Source of the DNA: an uncultured Verrucomicrobiaceae bacterium
GTDB lineage: Bacteria; Verrucomicrobiota; Verrucomicrobiia; Methylacidiphilales; CAYYVW01
NCBI GenBank assembly: GCA_964473925.1
Contig: CAYYVW010000002.1
Coordinates: forward strand, 54,206-118,205
Direction: 5' to 3'
Length of the DNA stretch: 64,000 bases
The notes beneath the pieces are model-generated. The model made no database searches and had not been told where the DNA came from. It was given only the letters and a program-made list of their open reading frames with translations. A program made the translations under genes and the position numbers. Shown here in pieces: positions 25,503 to 34,117 of the stretch (its first letter is position 1; the number at the start of each line of letters is the position of its first letter).

Positions 25503-27578
25503 TCAAGCCTCATCCAAGATGGCTCGCATGGCCTTGAGCAAGGCTCTCGCTGTATAAGGTTTCCTCAGAAAGTGTTTAAGGCTGACCCCAGACGTCTTGT
25601 TCGTACTGCCGTTGGCGTGCAGGCCGCTTGCCGCGATGATTTTGATCCGCGGATTTATTTTTGTCAGGGCGCGAATAACGGACGCGCCATCCATGATCGG
25701 CATCGCCATGTCGGTCAGAACCGCGGCGATTTCGTTCTTGTGCTCCAGGTAAATGGCCACGGCCTCCGCGCCATCGGTGGCGGTCAAAACTCGGTAGCCG
25801 AATTCCTCCAGGGTCTGGCGGGTGATGGTAATGATGGGGATTTCGTCATCGATCACCAGAATCGTCTCGCCGTTTCCACGCAGCAGGCCAACTTCCGGCG
25901 TCGCCTCGCTTTGTCCTTTGCCGGCAGCTTCCATTACGGGCAGATACACTCGGAAGGTCGTGCCTTTGCCCGGTTCGCTGTAAACATTGATGATCCCCTC
26001 ATGACTCTTCACGATGGCCATGACCGTCGACAGACCAAGGCCGGTGCCTTTGTTGAGCTCTTTGGTGGTGAAGAACGGCTCGAAGATTTTGTCGAGCAGG
26101 TCCGGCGGGATGCCCGTTCCAGAATCGGTCACGCAGATCTTGATGTAACGCCCTACTTTGGCCTGGATATTCATCGCGACGTACTGCGCATCCAACGTGC
26201 AGTTTTCAACGCTGATGGTTAAAGTGCCGCCGTTGGGCATCGCATCGCGGGCATTGACGCAAAGATTCAGCAGTATCTGATGGAGCTGCGTGGGGTCACC
26301 CAAAACCGTCCATAGGTCATTGGGAATGGAGAACCGCAGCTGGATGTCTTTGGGGAAGGTGTCCTTGATAATGCTTTCGAGATCCTTCATCAAATGCTTG
26401 GGCTGCACTTCGATTCGCTCGCCGTCGACGCCGCGGCCAAACGAGAGTACCTGCCGCACGATGTCGGCGCCCCGTTTCGCGCTGACTTCGATGGTTTCCA
26501 AAATGCTCTTTGACTGCGGATCGGTGGTTTTGGCCTGGAGCATCTCGATCGACATCATGATGGGGGCCAGGATGTTGTTTAGGTCGTGAGCAATGCCGCC
26601 GGCCAACCGGCCAATACTTTCCATGCGCTGCGCGCGCAGAAACTGATGCTCGAGTTTTTGGCGTTCGGTCAGATCGAGCACGAAACACACGCCTTCGTCC
26701 GGGCTGTCCTCGAAAGCCGCTAGGCCCAGAAGGATTGGCACGCGCGAGCCGTCTTTGCAGATGAATTCCTTCTCATACGGTAAGCCGGTGCCGCTCGCGG
26801 CGATTTCTTGCAGGGCTTTGCGGTCGAGTCCGGCGTATTCCAGCGGCGTCATCGCCACCCAATTGAGGCGCTTTGCTTCCAGATCCTCGCGACTGTAGCG
26901 CACGAGGCGCAGGAAGGCATCGTTGGCCTCGGTAATGTCACCCTGGGTGTTCCAAAACATCACGCCCTGCACGTTGGAGTTCACTAGTCGGCGGAAGCGC
27001 GCTTCGCTTCGCTTGCGTTCGGTGATATCGCGGATATTGCACTGGATGAGCCGCTGCTGGTCCACGAGATACGCGTTGCTGATGAACTCGACCTCGACGC
27101 GCACGCCATCCTTTGTCTCCAGGGCCAGCGCTTCGTAGCGAATGCGGTCGGCGTGCTGCAATTCCGCGAAAGCGATTTTGGAAGCCGCTACGCCTTTGAA
27201 CGGCCCGATTTCCCACAGTTTTTTCCCCAGGAATTCTTCCTCCGAATAGCCAAGCAAGTCTTTCATGAACGGGTTGGCGTCCACCACCTGCCCGGTCTTG
27301 GCGTCGAGAATCAGAATGCCGTCCTGCGCCGTTTCGAACAATCGTCTGTAACATAGCTCAGACGCGAGAATCGCCTCAACGGTCCTGGCCTCCGCCTGCT
27401 GCGTCCGGGTATTGGCTTGATCGGTCCGCGCCTCCGCCTCCTTAACGCGCGGGTCTTGCCGAGGCCGGCCGCCATTCTGGCCGTTCTTTATCTCGACTAC
27501 ATCAAGGGCGACGGCTTTACCTGGGGCCATGGCCAGCGACGGCGGTCCCTTTGGGATTAAGGAGGTTTTGAATTTCAT
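25503..27578 (-). CDS. Hybrid sensor histidine kinase (PAS-PAS-HisKA-HATPase-REC)
   Basis: H-box [11 protein letters not shown]; N/G boxes [11 protein letters not shown] and DSGTGIP...GTGLGLS. The C-terminal receiver has ILVIDDE...[12 protein letters not shown]. Start trimmed to the ATG at 27578. Confidence 0.9.
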   Translation of the reverse strand: MKFKTSLIPKGPPSLAMAPGKAVALDVVEIKNGQNGGRPRQDPRVKEAEARTDQANTRTQQAEARTVEAILASELCYRRLFETAQDGILILDAKTGQVVDANPFMKDLLGYSEEEFLGKKLWEIGPFKGVAASKIAFAELQHADRIRYEALALETKDGVRVEVEFISNAYLVDQQRLIQCNIRDITERKRSEARFRRLVNSNVQGVMFWNTQGDITEANDAFLRLVRYSREDLEAKRLNWVAMTPLEYAGLDRKALQEIAASGTGLPYEKEFICKDGSRVPILLGLAAFEDSPDEGVCFVLDLTERQKLEHQFLRAQRMESIGRLAGGIAHDLNNILAPIMMSIEMLQAKTTDPQSKSILETIEVSAKRGADIVRQVLSFGRGVDGERIEVQPKHLMKDLESIIKDTFPKDIQLRFSIPNDLWTVLGDPTQLHQILLNLCVNARDAMPNGGTLTISVENCTLDAQYVAMNIQAKVGRYIKICVTDSGTGIPPDLLDKIFEPFFTTKELNKGTGLGLSTVMAIVKSHEGIINVYSEPGKGTTFRVYLPVMEAAGKGQSEATPEVGLLRGNGETILVIDDEIPIITITRQTLEEFGYRVLTATDGAEAVAIYLEHKNEIAAVLTDMAMPIMDGASVIRALTKINPRIKIIAASGLHANGSTNKTSGVSLKHFLRKPYTARALLKAMRAILDEA

Positions 27579-27813
27579 GGGGGATCCTCTCCACAGAGAA
27601 ACTCTGTGATGAATATGGGTGGCATCCCATGGATCGTCCCCGACGTGTTGCCCCTTCAACAATTACAACAGTTACAGACAGAGGGAATAGGTATTTAGAG
27701 AATAGGCTGGGCTGGAATCCGAGTGTAACACGCGTTCCACCTTTAGCAATAGCTGCGTTAATAGCTGTTAGAGAGCCGACATAAGCCCTTCCAGGTGAAT
27801 AGGAAGAGATCGA

Positions 27814-27879
27814 AGCCGCACTCCAAAATCCACAATCTCCTGGTAATGCCGGGTTCGTAATGTGGCCACCAAGTGGAGC
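27814..27879. repeat. Left copy of a 66-bp direct repeat bracketing the metal cassette
   Basis: 60 of 66 positions match 29784-29849 in the same orientation. The 36-bp core taatgccgggttcgtaatgtggccaccaagtggagc (27844-27879) is identical. Confidence 0.9.
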
Positions 27880-27938
27880 TTTGCAAACCGGGACACAGCT
27901 AAAAATTCTTAAAGAAACTTCGGCTAGGAATTCCGTAT

Positions 27939-27967
27939 TTGACAATATACCCCCAGTGGGTATATTG
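27939..27967 (+). promoter_or_regulatory. Sigma70-like promoter (TTGACA-N16-TATATT) overlapped by a 25-bp CsoR-type palindrome
   Basis: TTGACA at 27939-27944 and TATATT at 27961-27966. Palindrome caatataccc-ccagt-gggtatattg at 27943-27967 has 10-bp perfect arms with A/T-rich ends and a central C/G tract. Confidence 0.6.
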
Positions 27968-27971
27968 GCTT

Positions 27972-28613
27972 GTGAAAAGTTTATTCACTTCGATACTGGC
28001 GGTTATGCTTCTCTTCGATGGCGAAGCCTGGGCACAAGCCGTAACCGCTAAGGGAACTACGCAATGGCGTTCTTATCTTGCGCCTGAAATTCAGCAAACC
28101 ACCGCCGCTTATTCTTTCAGTCCCACTCAGTCCATTGGCATTACGGGGCTGCGAATTGATAAGGGCGATGCCGATGTCCACCGGCTCATTGGGCTCGTGG
28201 AGTATGCTCACTTGCTGAAGCGCTGGTACGGAGAGGATTATCAAGCGAATATCTATGCCGGAGCAGGAATTGGCGGCGGGGCAGGAGATTTTGACGGCAG
28301 CGAGCCCGCCGGCTCTGCTTTTTTGCAAGCGGACTGGGAAACGCGCCGTTGGTTCGCGATGGCCAGCCTGCACGATTACGTCGGCCAGAGCTTCAATCAT
28401 TTGGTGATGACCGGCCAAGTTGCGTGGGCTCCTTACAAGGCGGACTATCAGGATTTAGCCACGTGGTTTGTGCTACAAGCCGAGTACATCACCGAAACAG
28501 ACGCCCGCTTGCGGATCACGCCGATGCTTCGCTTTATGAAGGGAAATTATTTTGTCGAAGTGGGCAGCAGTCTAATGGGCGAGCCGCAATTGAATTTCCG
28601 AATTACTTTTTAA
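27972..28613 (+). CDS. Putative small outer-membrane beta-barrel protein
   Basis: A GTG at 27972 gives the signal peptide VKSLFTSILAVMLLFDGEAWA-QA. The body has alternating amphipathic stretches and a C-terminal ...NFRITF ending in Phe, as in OM barrels. The track ORF begins at a TTG at 27939, which I read as the -35 box. Confidence 0.55.
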   Translation: MKSLFTSILAVMLLFDGEAWAQAVTAKGTTQWRSYLAPEIQQTTAAYSFSPTQSIGITGLRIDKGDADVHRLIGLVEYAHLLKRWYGEDYQANIYAGAGIGGGAGDFDGSEPAGSAFLQADWETRRWFAMASLHDYVGQSFNHLVMTGQVAWAPYKADYQDLATWFVLQAEYITETDARLRITPMLRFMKGNYFVEVGSSLMGEPQLNFRITF

Positions 28614-28634
28614 CAACATCAATCACCATACTCT

Positions 28635-28979
28635 ATGAAAACACACATACGGCATTCCATCATCGCCGTCGGGCTTGCGCTCGCGCTTCTCACGACAGGT
28701 TGGGCGCAATCGAAACCTCAAACCATTCAAGTCTCTGTACAAGGAATGGTCTGTAACTTTTGCGCGGTCGGCATTGAAAAGTCGCTTCGCAAGGTCAATG
28801 GCGTTGACGGCATTTACATCAATCTCGACAAGCGGCTGGTGGCCGTCACGACCAAGCCCGGAGCCACTGTGACAACCGACCAAATTGCCAAGACGGTGAA
28901 GGATTCAGGTTTCAAAGTGGTAAAGATCGAAACTACAGACAAAGCACTCGATCAAATCAAGAAGGAGACAAACAAATGA
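28635..28979 (+). CDS. Periplasmic heavy-metal-associated (HMA) domain protein, MerP/CopZ-like
   Basis: Signal peptide ...LLTTGWA-QS, then VQGMVCNFCAVGIEKSL, the GMxCxxC metal-binding loop. Confidence 0.8.
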   Translation: MKTHIRHSIIAVGLALALLTTGWAQSKPQTIQVSVQGMVCNFCAVGIEKSLRKVNGVDGIYINLDKRLVAVTTKPGATVTTDQIAKTVKDSGFKVVKIETTDKALDQIKKETNK

Positions 28980-29356
28980 GCAAATCATCACAGCAAGGCG
29001 TTCTTTCGTGGTTTATTCTAATTAGCAGTTCCAGCACGCTTCTCTGCTGCGCCCTCCCGGCGCTTATGGTGGCGCTCGGGGCGGGGGCAGTCTTTGGTTC
29101 ATTTGTGGCGCAAGTTCCGGGCCTCATTTGGATTAGTGAGCACAAGACAGGCGTGTTCATTTTCGCAGGCGTCATGCTCACGCTTGGCGGCTTCGCCCGC
29201 TGGCAAGCAGCGCGCCGCCCATGCCCCACAGATCCCAAGCTTGCCCATGCCTGCCAAGCGAGCCGTGGTTGGTCAAAATGGATCTATTTTGCTTCGTTGT
29301 CCGCCTACGGGACGGGACTTTTTTTCGCCTATGTCGCGCCTCTACTTTTCGCTTAA
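28976..29356 (+). CDS. MerT-like small membrane protein with a vicinal Cys pair in the first helix
   Basis: Its ATG overlaps the upstream stop as ATGA. Cys24-Cys25 lie in STLLCCALPALMVALG, and a second pair, C83/C93 (RRPCPTDPKLAHAC), lies in a loop. This resembles the MerT arrangement (CC in TM1 plus a loop Cys pair). Confidence 0.6.
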   Translation: MSKSSQQGVLSWFILISSSSTLLCCALPALMVALGAGAVFGSFVAQVPGLIWISEHKTGVFIFAGVMLTLGGFARWQAARRPCPTDPKLAHACQASRGWSKWIYFASLSAYGTGLFFAYVAPLLFA

Positions 29357-29363
29357 ATAAATT

Positions 29364-29666
29364 ATGAAGAAACGCAACAGCTGCCCCCCTCCAACGGACA
29401 TTCATCCCGACCATGGCGCCGAGCATGCCCGCCTGAATCGCATCGTCGGTCAGATCGAAGGCATCCGCCGCATGATTGACGAACGGCGTTACTGCCCGGA
29501 AATCCTCGGGCAAGTGGCTGCCGCCCGTGCCGCGCTCCAAGGCTTAGCGGCGTCCCTTTTAGAGAGGCATTTGTCCCACTGTGTAAATAGCGCCATGTCT
29601 AAAGGGCAAGACACTAAAAAGGCGGTCAATGAAGTAGTAGAAATTTTTCGGAAGTATTCGGAATGA
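29364..29666 (+). CDS. csoR: CsoR-family metal-sensing repressor with the Cu(I)-type C-H-C ligand set
   Basis: LNRIVGQIEGIRRMIDERRYCPEILGQV...LERHLSHC. Cys44, His69 and Cys73 have the same 25/4 spacing as the CsoR C-H-C triad. Confidence 0.85.
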   Translation: MKKRNSCPPPTDIHPDHGAEHARLNRIVGQIEGIRRMIDERRYCPEILGQVAAARAALQGLAASLLERHLSHCVNSAMSKGQDTKKAVNEVVEIFRKYSE

Positions 29667-29783
29667 GGCACGCCACATCTCTTGGGTTAGCAGCTATAAC
29701 CAGCATGAATTATGGGCGAGCGAGGCAAAAACGATTGATTTCAAACGCTTCACACAAGATCAAAACTCTTTGGTACCCGCCTC

Positions 29784-29849
29784 AGCCGCACCACAGAACC
29801 CACAAGCTCCTGATAATGCCGGGTTCGTAATGTGGCCACCAAGTGGAGC
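29784..29849. repeat. Right copy of the 66-bp direct repeat
   Basis: See 27814-27879. It lies just past the stop codon of the minus-strand VOC gene and 118 nt after the csoR stop. Confidence 0.9.
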
Positions 29850-29877
29850 GGCAGCCTTTGATTCAGCGCAATCGCTA

Positions 29878-30282
29878 CTACTTTTTGCAGTTGAGCATCC
29901 ACTGAAAGCCAAAGCGGTCGACAAGCATGCCGAAATAGGCGCCCCAGAACATATCGGCCAGGGGCATGGTGACCTTGCCGCCATCGCTGAGCGCTGCAAA
30001 AAGCTTGTCGGTTTCGGCGACGGTTTCGGGGTGAACGCTGATGGAAACGCTGTCGCCCATTACCGGAACGCCCTGGCAGTTGTCCGAGGCCATGAGGCAG
30101 AAATCTCCCTGGGTCAGGCACGCGTGCATGATTTTGTCTTTGTCCGCCGGAGAAGCAGAGCCCGGGTCAGGCGCGTCGCCATAGGTCACCAACTCTAATT
30201 TGCCCCCGAAGCACTGCCTGTAAAAGCCCATCGCGTCGCGGCAATTCCCGTTGAAGAACAGATAGGGAACAAGCGGCTTCAT
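29878..30282 (-). CDS. VOC (glyoxalase/PhnB-like) family protein
   Basis: MKPLVPYLFFNGNCRDAMGFYRQCFGG...FWGAYFGMLVDRFGFQWML is typical of the PhnB/YjdN-like VOC subfamily. Confidence 0.75.
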   Translation of the reverse strand: MKPLVPYLFFNGNCRDAMGFYRQCFGGKLELVTYGDAPDPGSASPADKDKIMHACLTQGDFCLMASDNCQGVPVMGDSVSISVHPETVAETDKLFAALSDGGKVTMPLADMFWGAYFGMLVDRFGFQWMLNCKK

Positions 30283-30320
30283 AACTTTGTCGTATTAGAA
30301 TGGCGGGAAAGGATAAAAAC

Positions 30321-30692
30321 TTATTTACGTTTCTGTGCGCCGGCGATGACTTTAAACCCGCCACAGGCCATGCGCTTGCAATCAAACGGCATGCTACCCA
30401 CGCACTGTTTTTTGATGCGAGGATCTGCCATGACCTTCGCATTCACTCGGTCGCGGTCTCGCCGGGATTTATATACGATGTATGAAAAGACAACCGTCTC
30501 GTTCTTTTTTGTGCGGATGACTTTGGAAAAAGGAATCGCGCCACCCTGAACGCGGAGGTCTTCTGCCAAACACTCGTTGAAATCCAGGGCGCCATGTTCG
30601 ATCCAGATTTTGCCCGCGGACGCCGCGAGCTTTTGATAGGCTTTAATTTTACTTTTGGACAAGGGAAGCAAAAAACCATCAACGTATGCCAT
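30321..30692 (-). CDS. DUF1428-family protein
   Basis: MAYVDGFLLPLSKSKIKAYQKLA...IWIEHGAL...VVFSYIVYKSRRDRDRVNAKVMADPR...MPFDCKRMACGGF. Confidence 0.7.
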   Translation of the reverse strand: MAYVDGFLLPLSKSKIKAYQKLAASAGKIWIEHGALDFNECLAEDLRVQGGAIPFSKVIRTKKNETVVFSYIVYKSRRDRDRVNAKVMADPRIKKQCVGSMPFDCKRMACGGFKVIAGAQKRK

Positions 30693-30775
30693 GGGGATTC
30701 TCCTTTATAATAGGGTTGCTCAAGAAGATCGGTTTTTCTTGGGGATTAAGGCGGCATTTTTGTTTTGCGCGCGGC

Positions 30776-31825
30776 CTAGGCTTTGAGTGACGCCATGTCG
30801 ATGCAGAAGCGGTACTTCACGTCCGACTTGAGCAGGCGCTCGTAAGCCTCGTTGACTTTCTGGATGGGGATGATCTCCACGTCGGCGGTGATGTTGTGCT
30901 TGCCGCAAAAGTCGAGCATCTCCTGCGTCTCCGCGATGCCGCCGATCCCGGAGCCGGCGAAACTGCGGCGGCCCGTAATCAGTGGGAACGCGCCTACGGA
31001 AAGCGGGTGCTCCGGCGCGCCGACGAGCGTCAGCGTTCCGTCGAGCTTCAGCAGGTTCAAGTACGCGTTGATATCGTGCTGGGCGGAAACAGTATCCAAA
31101 ATGAAGTCGAAGCTGCGGGCCTGTTGCTTCATGGCTTCGGAATCTTTGGAGATCACTACTTCGTGGGCGCCGAGCCGCCGGGCGTCCTCCACTTTGCCGG
31201 GAGATGTGGTAAAAAGAACGACCTGCGCGCCGAACGCGTGGGCGAATTTGACCCCCATGTGCCCCAAGCCGCCCAGGCCGACGATGCCGACTTTCTGGCC
31301 GGGGCCGACATTCCAGTGGCGCAGCGGAGAGTAAGTGGTGATGCCGGCGCACAAGAGAGGCGCGGTGGCGGCCAAGTCCATTCCTTCCGGCACGCGCAGC
31401 ACAAAGGCTTCGTCCACCACGATGCGGGTGGAGTATCCGCCGAACGTCTGGCCGCCAAGATGCTTATCCGGACTATTGTAAGTCCAAGTGGGAGCGGCCA
31501 AGCAATATTGCTCGAGCCCGGCTACGCAGCTGGAACAGGCGCGGCAGGAATCCACCATACAACCCACCGCGCTTGTATCGCCCGGCTTAAAATTCTTCAC
31601 ACGATTGCCCACACGCGTAACGCGCCCGACAATTTCGTGGCCGGGCACACAGGGATACGAGGTGCCGGACCATTCGTTGCGCGCTATGTGCAGGTCGGAG
31701 TGACACACGCCGCAGTATAAAATATCGATCTCAACATCCGAAGGGCCGGGGTCGCGTCGCGGAATAGTGGCGGAAGCCAGGGGTGAGGTGGCGCTGGCGG
31801 CGGAGTAAGCTTTGGTGTTGTGCAT
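30776..31825 (-). CDS. Zinc-dependent NAD(P) alcohol dehydrogenase (cinnamyl-ADH/YahK-like)
   Basis: ...ILYCGVCHSDLH...PCVPGHEIVG...GCMVDSCRACSSC...GIVGLGGLGH. Start trimmed to the ATG at 31825. Confidence 0.9.
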   Translation of the reverse strand: MHNTKAYSAASATSPLASATIPRRDPGPSDVEIDILYCGVCHSDLHIARNEWSGTSYPCVPGHEIVGRVTRVGNRVKNFKPGDTSAVGCMVDSCRACSSCVAGLEQYCLAAPTWTYNSPDKHLGGQTFGGYSTRIVVDEAFVLRVPEGMDLAATAPLLCAGITTYSPLRHWNVGPGQKVGIVGLGGLGHMGVKFAHAFGAQVVLFTTSPGKVEDARRLGAHEVVISKDSEAMKQQARSFDFILDTVSAQHDINAYLNLLKLDGTLTLVGAPEHPLSVGAFPLITGRRSFAGSGIGGIAETQEMLDFCGKHNITADVEIIPIQKVNEAYERLLKSDVKYRFCIDMASLKA

Positions 31826-31857
31826 GATGTGAAAACCCTCGTGGTTAGAGTATTTAA

Positions 31858-32253
31858 TTAAATTTCGTATTGCGCGTCGGTGACTTTTTCCATCCAGTCG
31901 GCCATCGTTCCTTCCAGCGGCTCTTGAACGGCGATGTGGGTCATCGCCGTGGTGGGCGCGGCGCCGTGCCAATGCTTTTCGCCGGGGGGAAACCAGATGA
32001 CGTCGCCCGGCCGGATTTCTTCGACGGGTCCTTCCCAGCGCTGCGCGCGTCCGCAGCCCGCCGTTACGATCAAGGTTTGGCCAAGCGGATGGCTATGCCA
32101 CGCCGTCCGAGCGCCCGGCTCAAACGTCACACAGACCCCGAACGCTCGAGCCGGAGCTTTGGCTTGGAATAAGGGATCAATACGCACCGTACCTGTAAAA
32201 TACTCGGCTGGCCCTTTACCGGAAGGTTGTGAGCCGCTGCGTTGAATTTCCAT
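31858..32253 (-). CDS. Cupin-domain protein
   Basis: ...[20 protein letters not shown]...[16 protein letters not shown] contains the two cupin motifs. Confidence 0.75.
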   Translation of the reverse strand: MEIQRSGSQPSGKGPAEYFTGTVRIDPLFQAKAPARAFGVCVTFEPGARTAWHSHPLGQTLIVTAGCGRAQRWEGPVEEIRPGDVIWFPPGEKHWHGAAPTTAMTHIAVQEPLEGTMADWMEKVTDAQYEI

Positions 32254-32348
32254 TTTTCAATACTGACGCCCTAAGCTTAAGTTAACAGCCAAAAGCGCCC
32301 GCGATTCCGCAAGGAATAATCGCCGCTTCGTGCTAGCGTGCCAGGATC

Positions 32349-33407
32349 ATGTTTTTTACAGGGCTTGGAACGGCAGCCCCTCCGCAGCGTTACACCCAAC
32401 TCGAATGCCTGGAGGCGATCCGAGCGTGCGGGCTCTGGCGACAATTGGCCCCGCGATCGCAGGAGCTGCTACAGAAAGTTTTCTCAGGCAAAAATGGAAT
32501 TGAGACGCGCCACCTGGCGATTACCGACTGGGAGAAGTTTTTCGTTCTGAGCCCCGATGTCCTGCAGGCTCGCTTTACAGAGCAAGCGCCAAAATTGGCG
32601 ACAGAAGCGGCGCAACGCGCGCTTGCCGCAGCGCGGCTTAAGCCAGAAGAAATCGATGCGGTGATTATCAGCACGTGCACGGGGTATCTTTGTCCGGGAC
32701 TGACAAGTTATGTGAGCGAGCGTTTGGGACTGCGGCCCGACGTTCACGCGCTGGACTTGGTGGGGCAGGGCTGCGGCGCCGCGATGCCAAACGTGCGGAC
32801 GGCGGAAGCGTTGTTGGCCGGGGGCCGAGCACGCCATGTTTTATCCGTTTGCGTCGAGGTGTGCAGCGCCGCGTTTTATTTGGATGACGACCCGGGCGTG
32901 CTCATCAGCGCATGTCTGTTTGGTGACGGAGCCGGAGCCGCGGTGCTTTCCGCCGAGCCGAATCAAAATTCGCGGCGCATCGAATGGAAAACAATGGAGA
33001 GCTTTTTAAGTCCGGAAGACCGTGATTGTTTGCGCTTCGAGCATCGCCACGGAATGCTGCGCAATATCCTGACCCGTGAGGTTCCAGTGCTGGCGGGCAA
33101 GCAGGTTAAAAAGATTTTGGAGCAAGCGCTCAAGGCCGCCGACTTAAAGCAGGCGGACATCACCGGCTGGATCTTTCATGCGGGCGGCCGCGAAGTGCTC
33201 GCCGCGCTGCAAAAATATGTCGGCGTTACCGAGGCAGATTTGCGCCTGAGCGCTTCGGTCCTGCGCGATTTCGGCAACGTGAGCAGCCCGTGCGTATTTT
33301 TTGTGCTCGAGCGCGCGCTCCAGCAACAGCAGCCCGGCGGTTGGTGGTGGCTCTCGTCCTTCGGGGCCGGGTTCAGCTGCTACGGGGCGTTATTGAAAGT
33401 CGATTAG
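32349..33407 (+). CDS. Type III polyketide synthase (chalcone/stilbene synthase superfamily)
   Basis: The Cys-His-Asn triad is in its canonical contexts: LVGQGCGAAM, WIFHAGGREVL, FGNVSSPCVFFVL. Confidence 0.9.
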   Translation: MFFTGLGTAAPPQRYTQLECLEAIRACGLWRQLAPRSQELLQKVFSGKNGIETRHLAITDWEKFFVLSPDVLQARFTEQAPKLATEAAQRALAAARLKPEEIDAVIISTCTGYLCPGLTSYVSERLGLRPDVHALDLVGQGCGAAMPNVRTAEALLAGGRARHVLSVCVEVCSAAFYLDDDPGVLISACLFGDGAGAAVLSAEPNQNSRRIEWKTMESFLSPEDRDCLRFEHRHGMLRNILTREVPVLAGKQVKKILEQALKAADLKQADITGWIFHAGGREVLAALQKYVGVTEADLRLSASVLRDFGNVSSPCVFFVLERALQQQQPGGWWWLSSFGAGFSCYGALLKVD

Positions 33408-33412
33408 AAGCC

Positions 33413-34117
33413 ATGCGCCGCATCGTTGAGCCGGAGCTCCTGGACGAATTGCAGCCCGCGGATTTGCGAGCGATCGGCTCTCGCGGAGATCTTCAACGGC
33501 TCAATGGAATCATGGGGCACGCGGCCATTCTTGCGCGCGCGCTACGGGGCTGCTTGCGCCTTGAAGCTTCTTCCTCGCGTCGCTTGCAATTGATGGAGCT
33601 GGGCGCAGGCGACGGCACGCTGCTTTTGAAAGTAGCGCAACAATGCTCGATGCGCGGATTGAGCGCCGACGTAATTTTGGTGGACCGCCAGAACTTGATT
33701 TCAGAACAAACGCAGCGGGCATTTGCCGCGCTCAACTGGTCTATTAAAATCATGACGGCCGATGCGCAGGAAGCGCTGGAGCGCGCACCTCAACGCGTCG
33801 ACGTAATTTGCGCGAATCTGTTTCTGCATCACTTTGCCGACGATGCGTTGCGCGCTCTTTTGCAGACAGCGGCGCAAAAAACGAATTTGTTTGTCGCGTG
33901 TGAACCGCGTCGATGCGTGCGGGGATTGGTAGCGGCGCGGTTCTTGGGACTGATCGGGTGCAACGCGATTACGCGGCATGACGCCCGGGTCAGCGTGCGG
34001 GCCGGATTCGCGGGGAAGGAACTCTCTGTTCTGTGGCCGGCCGCAGAGAGCTGGGAGCTGCACGAGCGCTCCGCCGGATTCTTCAGCCATTTTTTTAGCG
34101 CCACACGTCATGCGTAA
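33413..34117 (+). CDS. Class I SAM-dependent methyltransferase
   Basis: Motif I LMELGAGDGTLL. It starts 6 nt after the PKS stop, and its stop overlaps the next gene (ATGCGTAA). Start trimmed to the ATG at 33413. Confidence 0.8.
   Translation: MRRIVEPELLDELQPADLRAIGSRGDLQRLNGIMGHAAILARALRGCLRLEASSSRRLQLMELGAGDGTLLLKVAQQCSMRGLSADVILVDRQNLISEQTQRAFAALNWSIKIMTADAQEALERAPQRVDVICANLFLHHFADDALRALLQTAAQKTNLFVACEPRRCVRGLVAARFLGLIGCNAITRHDARVSVRAGFAGKELSVLWPAAESWELHERSAGFFSHFFSATRHA

Noticed and set aside
27685-27803. Three copies of GAATAGG (27685, 27700, 27797) in the kinase leader as possible regulator half-sites
   Set aside because: A 7-mer occurring three times in an A/T-richer region, with irregular spacing (15 and 97 bp), is within chance expectation.
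27844-27879. Repeat core as a tRNA 3-prime remnant (gggttcgtaatg resembles a T-loop and ccacca resembles a CCA end), which would make it a classical att site
   Set aside because: I could not fold a T-stem or acceptor stem from the flanking bases, so the resemblance is superficial.
27814-29849. Reading the 66-bp repeats as coding for a conserved peptide (APLGGHITNPAL.G.CGF..AA on the minus strand), for example a RiPP precursor
   Set aside because: Of the 6 differences between copies, only 2 are synonymous. Copy 2 has no start codon after the VOC stop in that frame, so it would have to be translated overlapping the VOC gene. Copy 1's ORF runs on into the kinase leader. I treat the repeats as DNA or RNA elements, but this is not formally excluded.
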